DNA of 64,000 bases from Paraspadella gotoi (Eukaryota > Animalia > Chaetognatha): positions 20,767,869-20,831,868 of the forward strand of contig CM119268.1 of the NCBI GenBank assembly GCA_051294375.1, given 5' to 3'. The notes beneath the pieces were generated by a model. The model was not told where the DNA came from, ran no database searches, and saw only the letters and a list, made by a program, of their open reading frames with translations. Below, one piece after another: positions 14,330 through 27,868 of this stretch. The translations under genes were made by a program, and so were the position numbers. Positions within the stretch are counted from its first letter, which is position 1. Each line of letters opens with the position of its first letter.

Positions 14330-14466
14330 TAAAGTAATAAGTAGTGTAATGAAATATAATATTTGGCAAATGATAGACTTAAACCATATGATGAGGAATT
14401 AGGTAGTGAATAGCGATCGGGTTTTCAAATTGTGAAGTTTGAATTTTGAGTTTTCAACTCGTCGGT

Positions 14467-15120
14467 GAAGAAAAAAATGGGATCAAATTTTCTCTCTATT
14501 TTGCCCCAAGCCTCGTCCCCACACTCGTTCACATCATGCCTCCACTTCATGGCTTGTCCCCACTCGTTCCCACTCATGGCTCGTGCCATCCATATTGCTC
14601 GTGTTCCCACTCGTCCCCCACTTCATGCTCGTCCCACTCATGCTCGTCCCCTCGTTCCCACTCATGCTCGTCCTCATGGCTCGTCCACTCATGAGCTCGT
14701 CGCCCACTCATAGCTGCTCCCAGTCACGCTCATTTAATCTCACGACAAATACTTCGACAACAGTGCCTGAATGAATGTGAAAGGTGTGCTAAATGGTCTT
14801 TTAGGCAACAGTAGTTGGTTAAGAGTGTTGTCCATTTGAAATGGCTATTCGTGCAAACCTACTGCCCATCGTGTTGATGTTTAGTGATCTCAGTAGTTAT
14901 AGTTCAGTTTCTCTATGAATAGTAATATCATTATATATGATTCAATTTTAAAAACGTTAATGTTTTTTGTTTTTGTTGAATTTAATAGTTTAGTTTTTCC
15001 GTTTCCTAATTATGTATTCTGTTTTTGGTAATTAATTTAAAAAAGACATTTAGGTTGAGAAGAATTTTAGATTTGCCAACCTAAGAGAACAATCTATCTA
15101 TTTCCGCCGCAAACCCCGCT
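14467..15120. mobile_element. About 650-bp insertion with internal (CCCACTCATGCTCGT)n repeats and imperfect inverted ends
   Basis: Absent at the equivalent site near 21495 (GTCGGTG|CTCCCC); ends AAATGGGATCAAATTTTCTC / GAGAACAATCTATCTATTT. Confidence 0.55.
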
Positions 15121-16906
15121 GCTCCCTTTTCCCCCCCCCCGACCACTCAACTCCTCTGTGTCGAGACCCCATATCGCCCCTTCACAGAGTCACCATCACG
15201 CTCAGGCCACTTACCCAGGCACCGACCAGGGTCCTCTTTTTTCCGCGCCCTCCCCCGCCCAAAATCGCCATCTATCCATCGCGTTTTCAACATCGGAACA
15301 CGTGACATCGACGTTTCTCATCAGATCACACACGCGCATTTCGATGCCACATTTCGCGGCGGACGTGACGAACTTGTGATTCTGACGTCGTGAGTCACGG
15401 TCGGATGATATTTGTACGAGGATGTTGATCACGAAAATCACAAATTTTCGCGCTATTTCGGTCTTTTTTAAGAGGAACCACGGAAGGTACCACGCCGCCT
15501 CCCATCAACAATTATCAATATGTGAATCGTGAATATTAATTTTGACGTTATTTGATCAGGTGAATGAATTATTTAATTGTCATCAGACATTAATTCGGAG
15601 ATCAATCACTTGATCATTAAGTCAAAAACTGTTTTATTATCAAATCAATTACTACTTCATCAATCAATAACTTTATCCCAAATCATCTCTTCATCACCAA
15701 ATCAATCATATTCATCACTAATATCAATCTCTTTATCACCGAGTAATCACTTCATAACAAATCAATCAACTTTATCACCCAAATCAATGATTTATCGTAA
15801 ACCGGACGAGAGACTCGGTAGCTTCGTTGTGATTGAAATTCAATCTCGTCTCGTTTTTCCTTTTTCATAAGAAATTAATCACTTTCTATCACTCATTTTT
15901 TTTTCCTTTCGACGGGATCGATATCAACCCACGTCCTCTCTCTCTCCTCTCCTCGCTCTCTCTCTCTCTCTCTTCTCTTCTCCCTCGTGTCTCTCCCCTC
16001 TACTCTCTCTCTTCTCACTCGCTCTTCCCTCCTCTCCTCTCTCTCTCTCTCACTCCTCGTCTCTCTTTCTCGATCATCTCTCTTACTCTCCTCCGTCTCC
16101 CTCCATTAATTTCTTTCGACGATTAATCATTTATTCCTATTTTCCTAGCCTCATTCTTTTTTTTTTTCTTTTTTTGCTTTCCTTTCTCTTTTTCTTTTCT
16201 TTCTTTCTTTCTTTCTTTCTTCTTTCTTTCTTTCTATCTTTTTCTTTCCTCCCGTTTCCCTTTTTTATTTTTCTTTTCTTTCTTTTCCCTTTTTTTTTTT
16301 TCTTCTCCTTGGTGTTCTTTTTGTCTTCGCGAGAGCCTCGTTTCGAAAATGTCGCTTCGATGTTTCTCCTTTTCGGAGGTCAATGACTTTTTTTTTCAAT
16401 TTCTTGTTTTTTTTCTTTTTGTTTTGTTTTTGCAAGTTAATTTGTTTTTTTGTTTCGTTTAAATAAAAAAACGTACATAGCAAATCAATATTCCCTTGGT
16501 CGGGAATGCGAAAGTCACGACTCCCGAGCGAAGAAGAACGAAATCCGAAGCACTCAAAAAAATGACCAAATATTGGGCGGGAAACAGTTTGGGATGAAGG
16601 TTGAGACTGAAATGAGGAGGAGAGAGGAAAAGGAGAGAGATTTGAGGAGGAGGGGGTCTAAATCTACGCGCGCAAAAGAATTTATTGTTATTATGAAATG
16701 AAACAAAGGAAAGAATTTATGAATGAATAAAATGGAGGAATGAAGGATGATAATTTAATATAAATAAATAATAAATTAAAATAAATAAATAAATAAATAA
16801 ATAGAATTAATAAAATATATAAAAAAAATAATAAATAAATAATATAATTAAAAATATAAATAAATAAATAAATAAATAAATAAAAAATAAATAAATAAAT
16901 TTAAAA

Positions 16907-16938
<32 letters not shown>

Positions 16939-19291
16939 AATAAATAATAAGATAAAAAATTTAAAAAAATAAACATTTAAATAGATAAATTAATAAATAA
17001 TAAATAAATAAATAAATAAATAATAATGAACTATATGATAATGAATGATTGAATGAATCAATCATCAATCAATCAATCAATCAATCAATTCAATCAATTC
17101 AATCACTCAATCAAATCAATCAATCATCAATAAATAAATTTTTAAAAAATTGAATGATGAATGAATGAATGAATTAATGAATGAATGAATGAAGATAATG
17201 AATGAATGAAATGAATGAATGAATTGAATGAATAAATGAAATAATTATTAATTAAATAATTAAATCATTAAACGGTTTAATTAAATGCATAAAACCAATA
17301 AGTAATAATAATAAATAACATAATCCTTGCAGAAATCTTCAACAAGCCATTATTTAGAAAAAGGAAAATAATAAAAAAAAACTAAGTAAAAGCTGGTTTA
17401 AAAAAGAAAAAAGGGGGGTAACAGACACACAAATACAGTGTATGTTTTTTTTTTTTTGGCACGAGGAATATATATAACTAGTGACGCACCAGTAGAATTT
17501 TATTTTTTAAAAACTTATTAGATTTCGATAATATCCATCGGGAGGAAGATTTTTGGATTTTTCGTCTGGAAATCTTCGGTCGTAATAAACGTCCGTCGTT
17601 ATGCGTCGTCCGTCGTTATCGTCGGGTCGGTGTCGTCGAAGCTGAAGCGAGGATAGGGTTTAACGGAATAGGAATCGATATATCGAATCAGGGATTTGTT
17701 TTCGAATTGGGGACGAAAATAGGATCCCTCGTTGCGATATATGGGATGCCCTTGACGATTAGGGATCCTGATTGCGTCGATGGATGCGACTTGACGGTTA
17801 GGGATCTCGTTACGGTCGATAGGGATGTGGGTGTTCGCACTTGAAGGATAAGGTCAGGTCGTAATCCGCGATAAGAAATTTTCCCTGAGGCGAAAATTGG
17901 GTTTAGTAGACGTCTGAAAAACTGGAAATTTTTAAAAAAAACAAAAGGTTTTAAAAAATTCGCTTTTTCGTTTTATTAAATAAAAAATTATTATTGTTTA
18001 ATTTACAAAATTGGCCAGCCAATTATTCAAAAGGCTCCTTATTGCTGTTCCAAATGCTGAATGCATTCTTAACTATCAACCCTAATTCTGTTTCCACAAA
18101 ATTGCCCTTGATCTAAATATACAGCTAGCTCTAACTCTAAATCCTGTGGATAAAGCGTCTAAGTGGGTTGAGATGAACTATTCCGTAACTTTTACAAAAC
18201 CCCCCTCTAGCAGCATGAAACGGGTCTGGTCTTGGACAGGCTGAAATGTTTGCCACGTCCCAAGGCGGCTTACGGCCGTCCTCACTCTTTCCCGCAGGGT
18301 AGGTACCAGGTTGGAATTTGAACCCGGTCCTAATGGTCATGAGCTGTACGGCTTTACTTGCAATGAGGCCACCGGTCACAAGTAAATACAGAGTTTGTGC
18401 TTTATAGGCGGGGTGAACCTAGGCATGCCCGACTTCATCCTAATTTCAAATATTTAATCTTTAAAACACTATTTATAACTTATCTCGTAACCTGATCCCT
18501 TAACGCTATATTTTTTTTTAAATCTAAAATCAAACTTAATATTTCCCGTTCTTTCTTTCTTTCTTTATTTCTTTCTTTCTTTCTTTCACGCCGCGCGGTA
18601 TTTTTGATAATCGCTAGTGCGAACGAGGAAATGGAAGGAGATTGAGAAAGAATGGAACTTCCGGTTTGAGGAAGAGTGAGAGAAGAGAGTGGACATAAGA
18701 CGGGAGAGAATCAGTCGCAAGAGGAGACAGAAAGAATGAGGTAAGGTGAGAGAGAGAGACGAAGAGAAATTGATAGAATAGGAGAGAAGGTGAGGCAAGA
18801 GGAGAGAGAGAGAGAGAGAAAATTTAGAGAATAAAATAAAGCAAAGAGCAGAGAGAGAGAGAACAATAGAGAAGAAGAGAGAGGAGAAGAGAGCGAAGAG
18901 AGAGAGAGGGAGCCTTAGAGAGAAGAGAGAGAACAGTGACAGTAGGAGAGTCTGAGATTCGGAAAGAGAAGAGAGAATTTTCTGTTTTTTCTCCCCAAAG
19001 CAAGATAAAATTTTTTTAATGATTTATGACTTGTTTTTTAACGAGAGGAAAATATTTAATTATCCCTACATCAAAGATAAAAAAAAAAAAAAAATTCATA
19101 AATGTAAAAATCTATGGATTGATTTATATTCACTCACGATACAGTCTGACAAAACTTACGTGACAGTTTGAAAAAAAACTCCTTTAATTCATGAGGCGAA
19201 ACTGATCCTTTTCTTACGTCTCAAGGTCGTTGTGGTTTTCCCCCAAGTCGTCTTTGTCATTGTGACTGTCATCATTGTCTTAGTTGATGTC

Positions 19292-19425
19292 CTTGTCATT
19301 TTGTCAGTCATCTTTGTGCTCATCATCCACTTTGTCATTTTGTCAGTCATCTTTGTGCTCATCATCCACTTTGTCATTTTGTCAGTCTTCTTTGTGCTCA
19401 TCATCCACTTTGTCATTTTGTCAGC
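19292..19425. repeat. 39-bp tandem repeat
   Basis: TTGTCATTTTGTCAGTCATCTTTGTGCTCATCATCCACT about 3.4 copies. Confidence 0.85.
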
Positions 19426-19514
19426 CTTCATTGTTCTCACCGTCGTTTTTTGTTTTATTACAATTTTCTTTCTTCTAATTTTTATTCATATATCAATATT
19501 TATTTATTGGAATT

Positions 19515-19695
19515 ATTTCTCCGTGCAACGACGTTATTAGTTGCACTTTTTTTTTCGCTCGGTCGGTCGGTCCGTTGGTCCGTCGGTATGTCTGTCCGTT
19601 GGTCTGTCCCACTTACGTTAAAAACGCTTATAACTTGCCTATAGTTTGTTGCTCATTTGTTAAAAATCAAATCTAAGCATCTACTGGCGCCGCCT
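19515..19695. mobile_element. Uninterrupted copy of the (GGTC)n-bearing dispersed element
   Basis: Similar to 57290-58075 and to the noisy twin at ~12130-12400. Confidence 0.55.
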
Positions 19696-20810
19696 TTTGT
19701 TTTCAAAGAAATTTTATAAACTATTAAGGAATAAATGATATGAAAAGTAAAAAGAAAAGTAATGCGGCGCAACACCTTGGAANNNNNNNNNNNNNNNNNN
19801 NNNNNNNNNNNNNNNNNNNNNNNNNNNNNNNNNNNNNNNNNNNNNNNNNNNNNNNNNNNNNNNNNNNNNNNNNNNNNNNNNNNNNNNNNNNNNNNNNNNN
19901 NNNNNNNNNNNNNNNNNNNNNNNNNNNNNNNNNNNNNNNNNNNNNNNNNNNNNNNNNNNNNNNNNNNNNNNNNNNNNNNNNNNNNNNNNNNNGTTGTTGT
20001 TGTTGTTGTTGTTGTTTTGATTTACGTAGTCATCATTTTTATCGTTTTTGTAGTCGTCGTTGTCGTCGTCGTCGTCGTCGTCGTCGTCGNNNNNNNNNNN
20101 NNNNNNNNNNNNNNNNNNNNNNNNNNNNNNNNNNNNNNNNNNNNNNNNNNNNNNNNNNNNNNNNNNNNNNNNNNNNNNNNNNNNNNNNNNNNNNNNNNNN
20201 NNNNNNNNNNNNNNNNNNNNNNNNNNNNNNNNNNNNNNNNNNNNNNNNNNNNNNNNNNNNNNNNNNNNNNNNNNNNNNNNNNNNNNNNNNNNNNNNNNNN
20301 NNNNNNNNNNNNNNNNNNNNNNNNNNNNNNNNNNNNNNNNNNNNNNNNNNNNNNNNNNNNNNNNNNNNNNNNNNNNNNNNNNNNNNNNNNNNNNNNNNNN
20401 NNNNNNNNNNNNNNNNNNNNNNNNNNNNNNNNNNNNNNNNNNNNNNNNNNNNNNNNNNNNNNNNNNNNNNNNNNNNNNNNNNNNNNNNNNNNNNNNNNNN
20501 NNNNNNNNNNNNNNNNNNNNNNNNNNNNNNNNNNNNNNNNNNNNNNNNNNNNNNNNNNNNNNNNNNNNNNNNNNNNNNNNNNNNNNNNNNNNNNNNNNNN
20601 NNNNNNNNNNNNNNNNNNNNNNNNNNNNNNNNNNNNNNNNNNNNNNNNNNNNNNNNNNNNNNNNNNNNNNNNNNNNNNNNNNNNNNNNNNNNNNNNNNNN
20701 NNNNNNNNNNNNNNNNNNNNNNNNNNNNNNNNNNNNNNNNNNNNNNNNNNNNNNNNNNNNNNNNNNNNNNNNNNNNNNNNNNNNNNNNNNNNNNNNNNNN
20801 NNNNNTAGAG

Positions 20811-20881
<71 letters not shown>

Positions 20882-20882
20882 G

Positions 20883-20922
<40 letters not shown>

Positions 20923-21180
20923 AAAAAAAATTCCATCAACGACAAAGAAAAATCTCTGTCGGTCGCTCAGCCTCGCCGTCCGAAGCTGACGACGAAAATA
21001 TGGAATTTCTATGTTTTGATTTTTGACACGACTTTCCTCTCTCTCCCTCTCTCCTCCTCTCTCTCTTCTCTCTCTCTCTGCTCTCTCCTCTTCTCTCTCT
21101 CTATCTCTCTCGGTCACTGCGGAGCATTGAAAAAAAAGCACAGAAAAAGAGGGAGAAAGTCGGTGGTTGTTTTTATCAGT

Positions 21181-21255
<75 letters not shown>

Positions 21256-22207
21256 GAGTGTCGAAAGCTGTCTTTGTCAAAAAGGGCGACAAGACAAATG
21301 GGATAAAATAAAAGTTTTTTTATGAAGAAAAATCAGGAATGAAAAACTATGTCTACAAGTATAAGTATAAGTATAAGTAGTGTAATGAAATATTTGCAAA
21401 TGATAAGATTAAACAATAATGAGTGAGGGATAAGTAGTGAATTAGCGATCGGGTTTCATCTGAGGTTTGAATTTGAGTTTTCAATCAATCGTCGGTGCTC
21501 CCCTTTTCCCCGACCCGACTCAACTCCTCTGTCGACCCCTATCGCCCCTTCACACCATCACGCTCACGCCACTTTACCCCAGGCACCCCACGCCCTCTTT
21601 CCACGCCTCCCCCCCCCACAATCGCCATCGATCATCCCGTTTTCAACATCGGATCACGTGACATCGACGTTTCACGCGCATTTCGATGCCACATTTTCGC
21701 GGGCGGACGAACTTGTGATTCCGACGTCGCTGGAGTCACGGTCGATGATATTTGTACGAGGATGTTGATCACGAAAATCACAAATTTCGCTATTCAGTCT
21801 TTTTAAGAACCACGGAAGTACCCATCAACAATTATCAATATGTGATCGTGAATATTCATCACGTTATTTGATCGGTGAATGAATTATTTAATTTGTCAAT
21901 CAGACATTAATCGGAGAATAAATCACTTGATCATTAAGTCAACTGTTTTATTATCAAATCAATTACTTCATCAAATCTATAACTTCATCACCAAATCAAT
22001 CATTTCATCACTAAATCAATCTCTTTATCACCAAGTCAATCACTTCATAACCAAATCAATCACTTTATCACCAAATCAATGACTTTATCGTAAAAAACCG
22101 GACGAGAGACTCGTAGCTTCGTTGTGATTGATCACCTCTCGTTTTTCCTTTCATGAAATTAATCACCTTCTATCACTTCCTTTCGACGGATCGATATCAA
22201 CCCACCG

Positions 22208-22239
<32 letters not shown>

Positions 22240-22275
22240 CTCTTCTCTCTTTCTCTCTCCTCTCCTCTCTCTCTT

Positions 22276-22324
<49 letters not shown>

Positions 22325-22404
22325 CCGTCTCCCTCCATTACATTTATCTTTCGACGATTAATCATATTTCATTCCTATTTCCTAGCCTCATTCTTTTTTT
22401 TTTT

Positions 22405-22436
<32 letters not shown>

Positions 22437-22460
22437 TTCTTCTTTCTTTCTTCTTCTTTT

Positions 22461-22492
<32 letters not shown>

Positions 22493-22924
22493 TCCTTTCC
22501 TTCCCTTTTTCTTTTTCTTTTCTTTCTTTCCTTTTTTTTTTCTCCTTGGTTTCTTTCTTCGTCATTGCCTCGTTTAAATGTCGCTCTGTTTCTCTTTCGC
22601 GGTGCAATGACTTTTTTCTTTCTTGTTTTTTTTTTTTGTTTGTTTGCAGTTAATTTTGTTTTTTGTTTCGTTTTAAAACTACACAAATTCCCTGGTTCGA
22701 TTGCGAAGTCACGACTCGAGGCGAAGAAGAAGAAATCGAAGGACTCAAACAAAATGACAAATTGGCGAGGAACAGTTTGGGATTGAGGTGAGACTGAAAT
22801 GAGGAGGAGGAGGAGAGAGAGAGATTAGGAGGAGGGGTAAAATCTACGCCAAAGAATTTATTATGAAAGAACAAAGGAAAAGAAAGTTAAGTTAGGAAAT
22901 GTTAGTAAATGGAGGTAATGAAGG

Positions 22925-23745
22925 AAATTAAGGTTGAATATAATAGTTATAAAATTAAATATATATTTAAATAGATAAATAATAAATTTTAAAATAAATA
23001 AATAATAATGATAAATAATAAATAATTAAATAAATATGTAATTAAATAAATAATTTAATCAAATTAAATAAATATAAATAAATAATAATTTAAATAATAT
23101 AAATAATATCAAATAATAAATTGATTATAAATATAAATTAAATAATAGAGACTATATAATAATTAAATAATAAATATGACAATTCATATATATAATTTAC
23201 TACAATTATAAAATAATTAAATATTAATAATAAAATTAGGATAATTAAATAAAAATTAATAATTTATAATTCAGAAGTGATAAATAAATAAGTGATTAAT
23301 AAATATTATTTAACAATATAATAATTAATATCATATACTGACACACTAGACATCGAAATTGAGTAATGAATCAACTCTTACTAATATTCTGAATCTCTCC
23401 ATAACACTACAACTTTATCAATTCACATTCATCAATCAAGTATACAAATCTATATCATTATTCAATAATCTCATATAAATAATGATTTTAAAATAATAAT
23501 ATGAGTGTATGAAACTGTCAATTTAGTGCCGTTTTTAGAGATTAGGACGAAAAAACAATTTAAATTTGTTTTTATCAAATGAAGATTGTATTTTGTAGAA
23601 TGTTAGACTCGTGAGAGTTTGAAGATTAGAGTGAATTGAATGATGAATGATATGACATGAGATAATGAATGAATGAATGGAATGAATGAATGAATAAATG
23701 TGAATGTAATTAATTAATAATTAATCATTAACGGTTAATTAAATG
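22925..23745. repeat. Compound AT-rich microsatellite (AAAT/AATC/AATG)n; twin at 16750-17270
   Basis: Low-complexity tetranucleotide runs. Confidence 0.75.
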
Positions 23746-23972
23746 CATAAAAACAATAAGTAAATAATGAATGTACTGAAAAAACAATTCCTTGCATGAA
23801 ATTCTTCAACAAGCCATTATTTAGAAAAGAAAATAATAATAAAAAAAACTAAGTAAAAGCGGTAAAAGAAGGTAACAGACACACAAATACAGTGTATGTT
23901 TTTTGGCACGAATATATATAACTAGTACTACAGTAGAATTTTATTTTTTTAAAAACTTATTAGATTTCGAGT

Positions 23973-24294
23973 TCAGGAGGAAAGATTTTTGGATTTTTCG
24001 TCTTGGAAATCTTCGTCGTAATAAACGTCGTCGTTATCGTCGTCGTCGTCGAAGCTGAAGCGAGGATAGGGTTTACGATAGGGATCGATCGAATAGGGAT
24101 TGTTCGATGGACGAAAATAGGGATCCTCGTTGCGATAGGGATGCACTTGACGATAGGGATCCTGATTGCGTCGATAGGGATGCACTTGACGGTAGGGATC
24201 CTCGTTACGTCGATAGGGATGCACTTGAAGATAAGGATCGTCGTAATCGCGATAAGAATTTTCCCTTAAGGCGCGAAAATTGGGTTCGTGACGT
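23973..24294 (-). CDS. Terminal Tyr/Pro/Arg-rich exon of the same gene
   Basis: ttttcag| phase 2 matches the 25032 donor; RHEPNFRALRENSYRDYDDPYLQVHPYRRNEDPYRQVHPY...KNLSS*; AATAAA about 30 nt after the stop. Confidence 0.7.
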
Positions 24295-24489
24295 CTGAAA
24301 ACGGAAATTTAAAAAACAAAAGGTTTTTAAATTCGCTTTTTCGTTTTATAAAAAAAAATTATTGTTTAATTTAACAAAATTGGCCACCATTATTCAAAAG
24401 CTCCTTATTGCTGTTCCAAATGCCTGAATGCATTCTTAATATTCAACCCTAATCTGTTTCCAAATGCTTGATCTAATATACAGCTCTAA

Positions 24490-24726
24490 CCTAAATCCTG
24501 TGGATAAAGCGCTAAGTGGGTTGAAGATGACTATCCGTAACTTTTACAACCCCCTCTAGCAGACATGAAACGGGTCCTGGTCTTGGAACCAGGCTTGAAT
24601 GTTTGCCACGTCCCCAAGGCGGCTTACGGCCGTCCTCACTCTTCCCGCAGGGTAGGTACCAGGTTGGAATTGAACCCGGTACCTAATGGTCATGAGCTGA
24701 CGGCTTTACTCAATGAGCCACCGGTC
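24490..24726 (-). mobile_element. tRNA-derived SINE in an intron
   Basis: Minus strand GGTGGCTCATTGAG (A box) ... GGGTTCAATTCC (B box) followed by about 170 bp of unrelated body; noisy twin at ~18135-18377. Confidence 0.65.
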
Positions 24727-25031
24727 ACAAGTAAAAGAGTTGTGCTTATAGGCGGGGTGAACCTAGGCAATGCCCGACTACATCCCTAATTTCAATATTT
24801 AATCTTTAACACTAATTTATAACTTTATCTCTAACCTGATCCCTTAACCTATATTTTTTTAAATCTAAAAACAAACTTAATTCCGAATTTAAGCTGAAAT
24901 GGGTTGCTTTCGGAAAAAATGGTCCAAAATTGAACCAAGCTTGTTGAATCATTATGGTTTAGTTTGTTTTTTTCATTACTTTTAAATTGATGCTCCTTCC
25001 CTTAAGATGATTCTATCCCCATTTTTATAAC

Positions 25032-27868
25032 CTTCGATATTCCTCGTATTCCCTTTGATCTCGGTGACGACGATGGTGACGACGATCGTCCTGACCACGA
25101 TCGTCCTGACCACGATCGTCGAAGTCATGAATATATTCGAGTTCATTGTGACCAAAAGCCTCATCGTGCGGATCTCGGTCATTGTAAACTCGATCGTGGG
25201 GTTGTCTGAGGGCATCGCCATAACCCTCTCTGCGACGATCTTCTTCGAGCCGTTCGCGGCGATCGTCGTAACCCTTTTCGCGGCGATCGTCGTAACCCTT
25301 ATCGCGGCGATCGTCGTAATCCTTTTCGTCGTCAACTCTCTGAGTTTCATTCTTTTCTTCGTCGCTTTTCATTTCCTTTTGCGAAGGAAGACTCCGGAAA
25401 ATTTGGTTGAAGATCTTCGTCGTTGACTTTGGATCAATGATCATGTCATCCGTCTTTTGATTGGCTGGTTTCTGCTTTTGCGCATTCTGATTGGCTGCTT
25501 CTGGTTTTTGCAATTTTTGATTGGGCGTGTCTGATTTTCGAGACTTTTCATTGGCTGGATCAGTTTTTAGCGTCTTTTGATTGGCCGCCTCGGAATTGCG
25601 AGCGTTTTGGTCCTGAACAATGGATGCCTTGTGAATGATTCCATCGCGTCCCATGGAATTATTCTTCGATGAGTTTCGATCGCTTGTTTCGTTGCGTTTT
25701 GTTTTCTCCTGTTTTGCTTCGTCTTTGACGTTTTGATTTCTATTCGATGATTTTTGTCGTCGTCGTCTTTCGTCCTCACTTCCTTTCCGCAGCGTCGAAT
25801 TCTGGGTCAGCGCGTTTCGGTCCGCTTCATTCTCCGGCGTTGGTTTCGACGCCATTGCATTCTGGGTCATTGCATTCTGGGTCATTGCATTCTGGGTCAT
25901 TGCATTATGTCTCGTTGGTTCCGTCTCGTTGGCCGCCATTCGATTCCTGGGCAGCGATTCGTCCCGACGCCATCTTAGATTTCGCGGCAACGAATCGTGG
26001 ACGTCCAATTCTCGTCCGGCGTCGTTTTTGTCTCCCGTTCGGGGGCGGCGCCTTCTCGTCCCGCCGGCGACATTTCTCGGTCGGCCTCGCGCGGCGCTAT
26101 CCGAGGCGGAACCGGAAGTGGCGTCGCCGGTGGAAACGACGCCGAGATTGGAACCGATGTCGATCTCCCGAATCACGGCGCCATCAAAGTCCTCACTGCC
26201 CGCGGCGTCGCGCGCTCCTTTGGCGGAGGGGCGCTTTTCTCTAGCGGCGCCGCGATCCCTTGATCTCGACCGAAATTCTACGTCGCTGCCACTTTCGCCT
26301 TTCGACTTGCCTCTTGCACTACCACCGCCGCCGCCGCCGCTGCTGCCGCCGCCGCCGCCGCCGCCGCTGCTGCCGCCCCCTTCGTCGCTCCACCCAACAT
26401 CCACCTCATACAACCGTCGTTCGTCGATTCGTTTTCGATCCAAACTTCGTCCTCGATTTTTCGCTGGGCGACGACGATCGTCGTAGCCTCGTTCGTCGTA
26501 TCTTCGTTCGTCGTAGCCACGATCGCCGTAGATCAATTCCTCGCGACGAACTCTCTCGATATCCGGATTTCTAAGTCGAGATTCCTCGCGAATTCGTCTT
26601 CTGTTGTTGGGCATCGAATGACGGAATACCTTTCGATCACCCTGTATTCCCTGTACTGCGTGAAGAGAACGAGTCCGATCGTTGGGCATCGAATTTGGAT
26701 CGCCCTGTATCGGATTTGGAGGTCGTTCGTCGTCGGCGTCGACGCGATTCTGATTTTGAGGCGAAATTTGATTCTCAGAATCGATATTTTGAATCGGATT
26801 CTTATTTGGTTTAGAATCGGATTTTGAGATTCGATTTTGAGCATCGAATTCGTTCTTTGTCCGTGAGTCCTGATTGTATCGTCGATCTGTGAAGACATTT
26901 TCACGCCAAGGATCTTCACCGATGCGATCATGATATCTATCTTGATATCTATCCTCGGCGTATATCCTCTCTTCACGGAGATAATTTTTCACAAATTCCA
27001 TCATCAGGCGGCGGGGAACGAAATCTTCACGCCAATCACCGTCTCTACGCCAATTGACGTCTTTTTGCCAATCACCGTCTCTACGCCAATCACCGTCTCT
27101 ACGCCAATCACCATCTACAGGCCAATCTTTATTCCATCCATGACCTCCACGCCTATCCCTCTCCCCTCGCCAACCCTGTTCTCCACGCCATTCTTCCTCT
27201 CCACGCCACCCATTATCTCCACGCCAACTGTCCTCCATTAACCTCTCACGGCCATCGCCACTTTGAAATCCTCGCTCTTCTTCAAACCCCCGTTGGCCAT
27301 TTTCAACTCCTTCTCTCTCTACTTCTCCTTTTCTCAAATCCCAATTATCAACAGTCATTAAATGATCTTCCCCCAACCGCTTCTCCCTATCGACTCGTCT
27401 TCCTTTCTCCAGATCTTCATAATCCTCCCGGAATCGCCCGTCGGGTTCTTCAACGTCGCCCCTGCGACTGAAGGTCGACTCGAGCCTTTCATCGTTCTCT
27501 CCATTGTTGAAGTCGGCTTTCGTGGCGGCCGCAGGGGTCGGCGGTAGGCGGCGGCCATCTCTTTGTCGGCCATCGTGTCCCCGTCTGACAACTTTGAGGC
27601 CTCCACGAAGATCATTCCAAAGATCAGGGGTCTTCTCTTCTCCGATGATGTTGTTCTGGCTGTTGTTGATGATGTTGTTGTTGTTGTTGATGTTGTAGCG
27701 TCGATCTTCTATGTCGCTCAGGTAGTTGGGATCGAGAGTCAAGTTGTCGGTGGTGTTAATGTTATTTTTATTGTTGTTGTTGTTCTTCGCTTGTGGATGG
27801 TTGGTTGTTGTTTCTTGATTTTCGATCGACGTTTCTTTTTTGTTTCCTTGAAAAAATCCGTTAAGAGC
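25032..27868 (-). CDS. Large exon of a low-complexity R/D/E/N/G-rich protein of unknown function
   Basis: 2.9-kb stop-free frame (ORF 25025-27928), GC-richer than flanks; acceptor ctcttcag|GCT at 27868; repeats DGDWRR, WRGE, NAMTQ, YDDRR, poly-G. Ends at donor AG|GTTATA (25032) or at TAA 25025. Confidence 0.85.

Larger units (their letters stand above)
9620..18545 (+). other. Noisy direct duplicate of ~18550-24880 (probable alternate haplotype or raw long read)
   Basis: Collinear with the following segment, dense 1-2 bp indels, frameshifted copy of the 23973-24294 exon at ~17540-17913, begins right after a 25-N gap. Confidence 0.85.

Noticed and set aside
24660-24726. Functional tRNA-Met gene
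   Set aside because: Anticodon and acceptor stems do not pair; continues into a SINE-like body.
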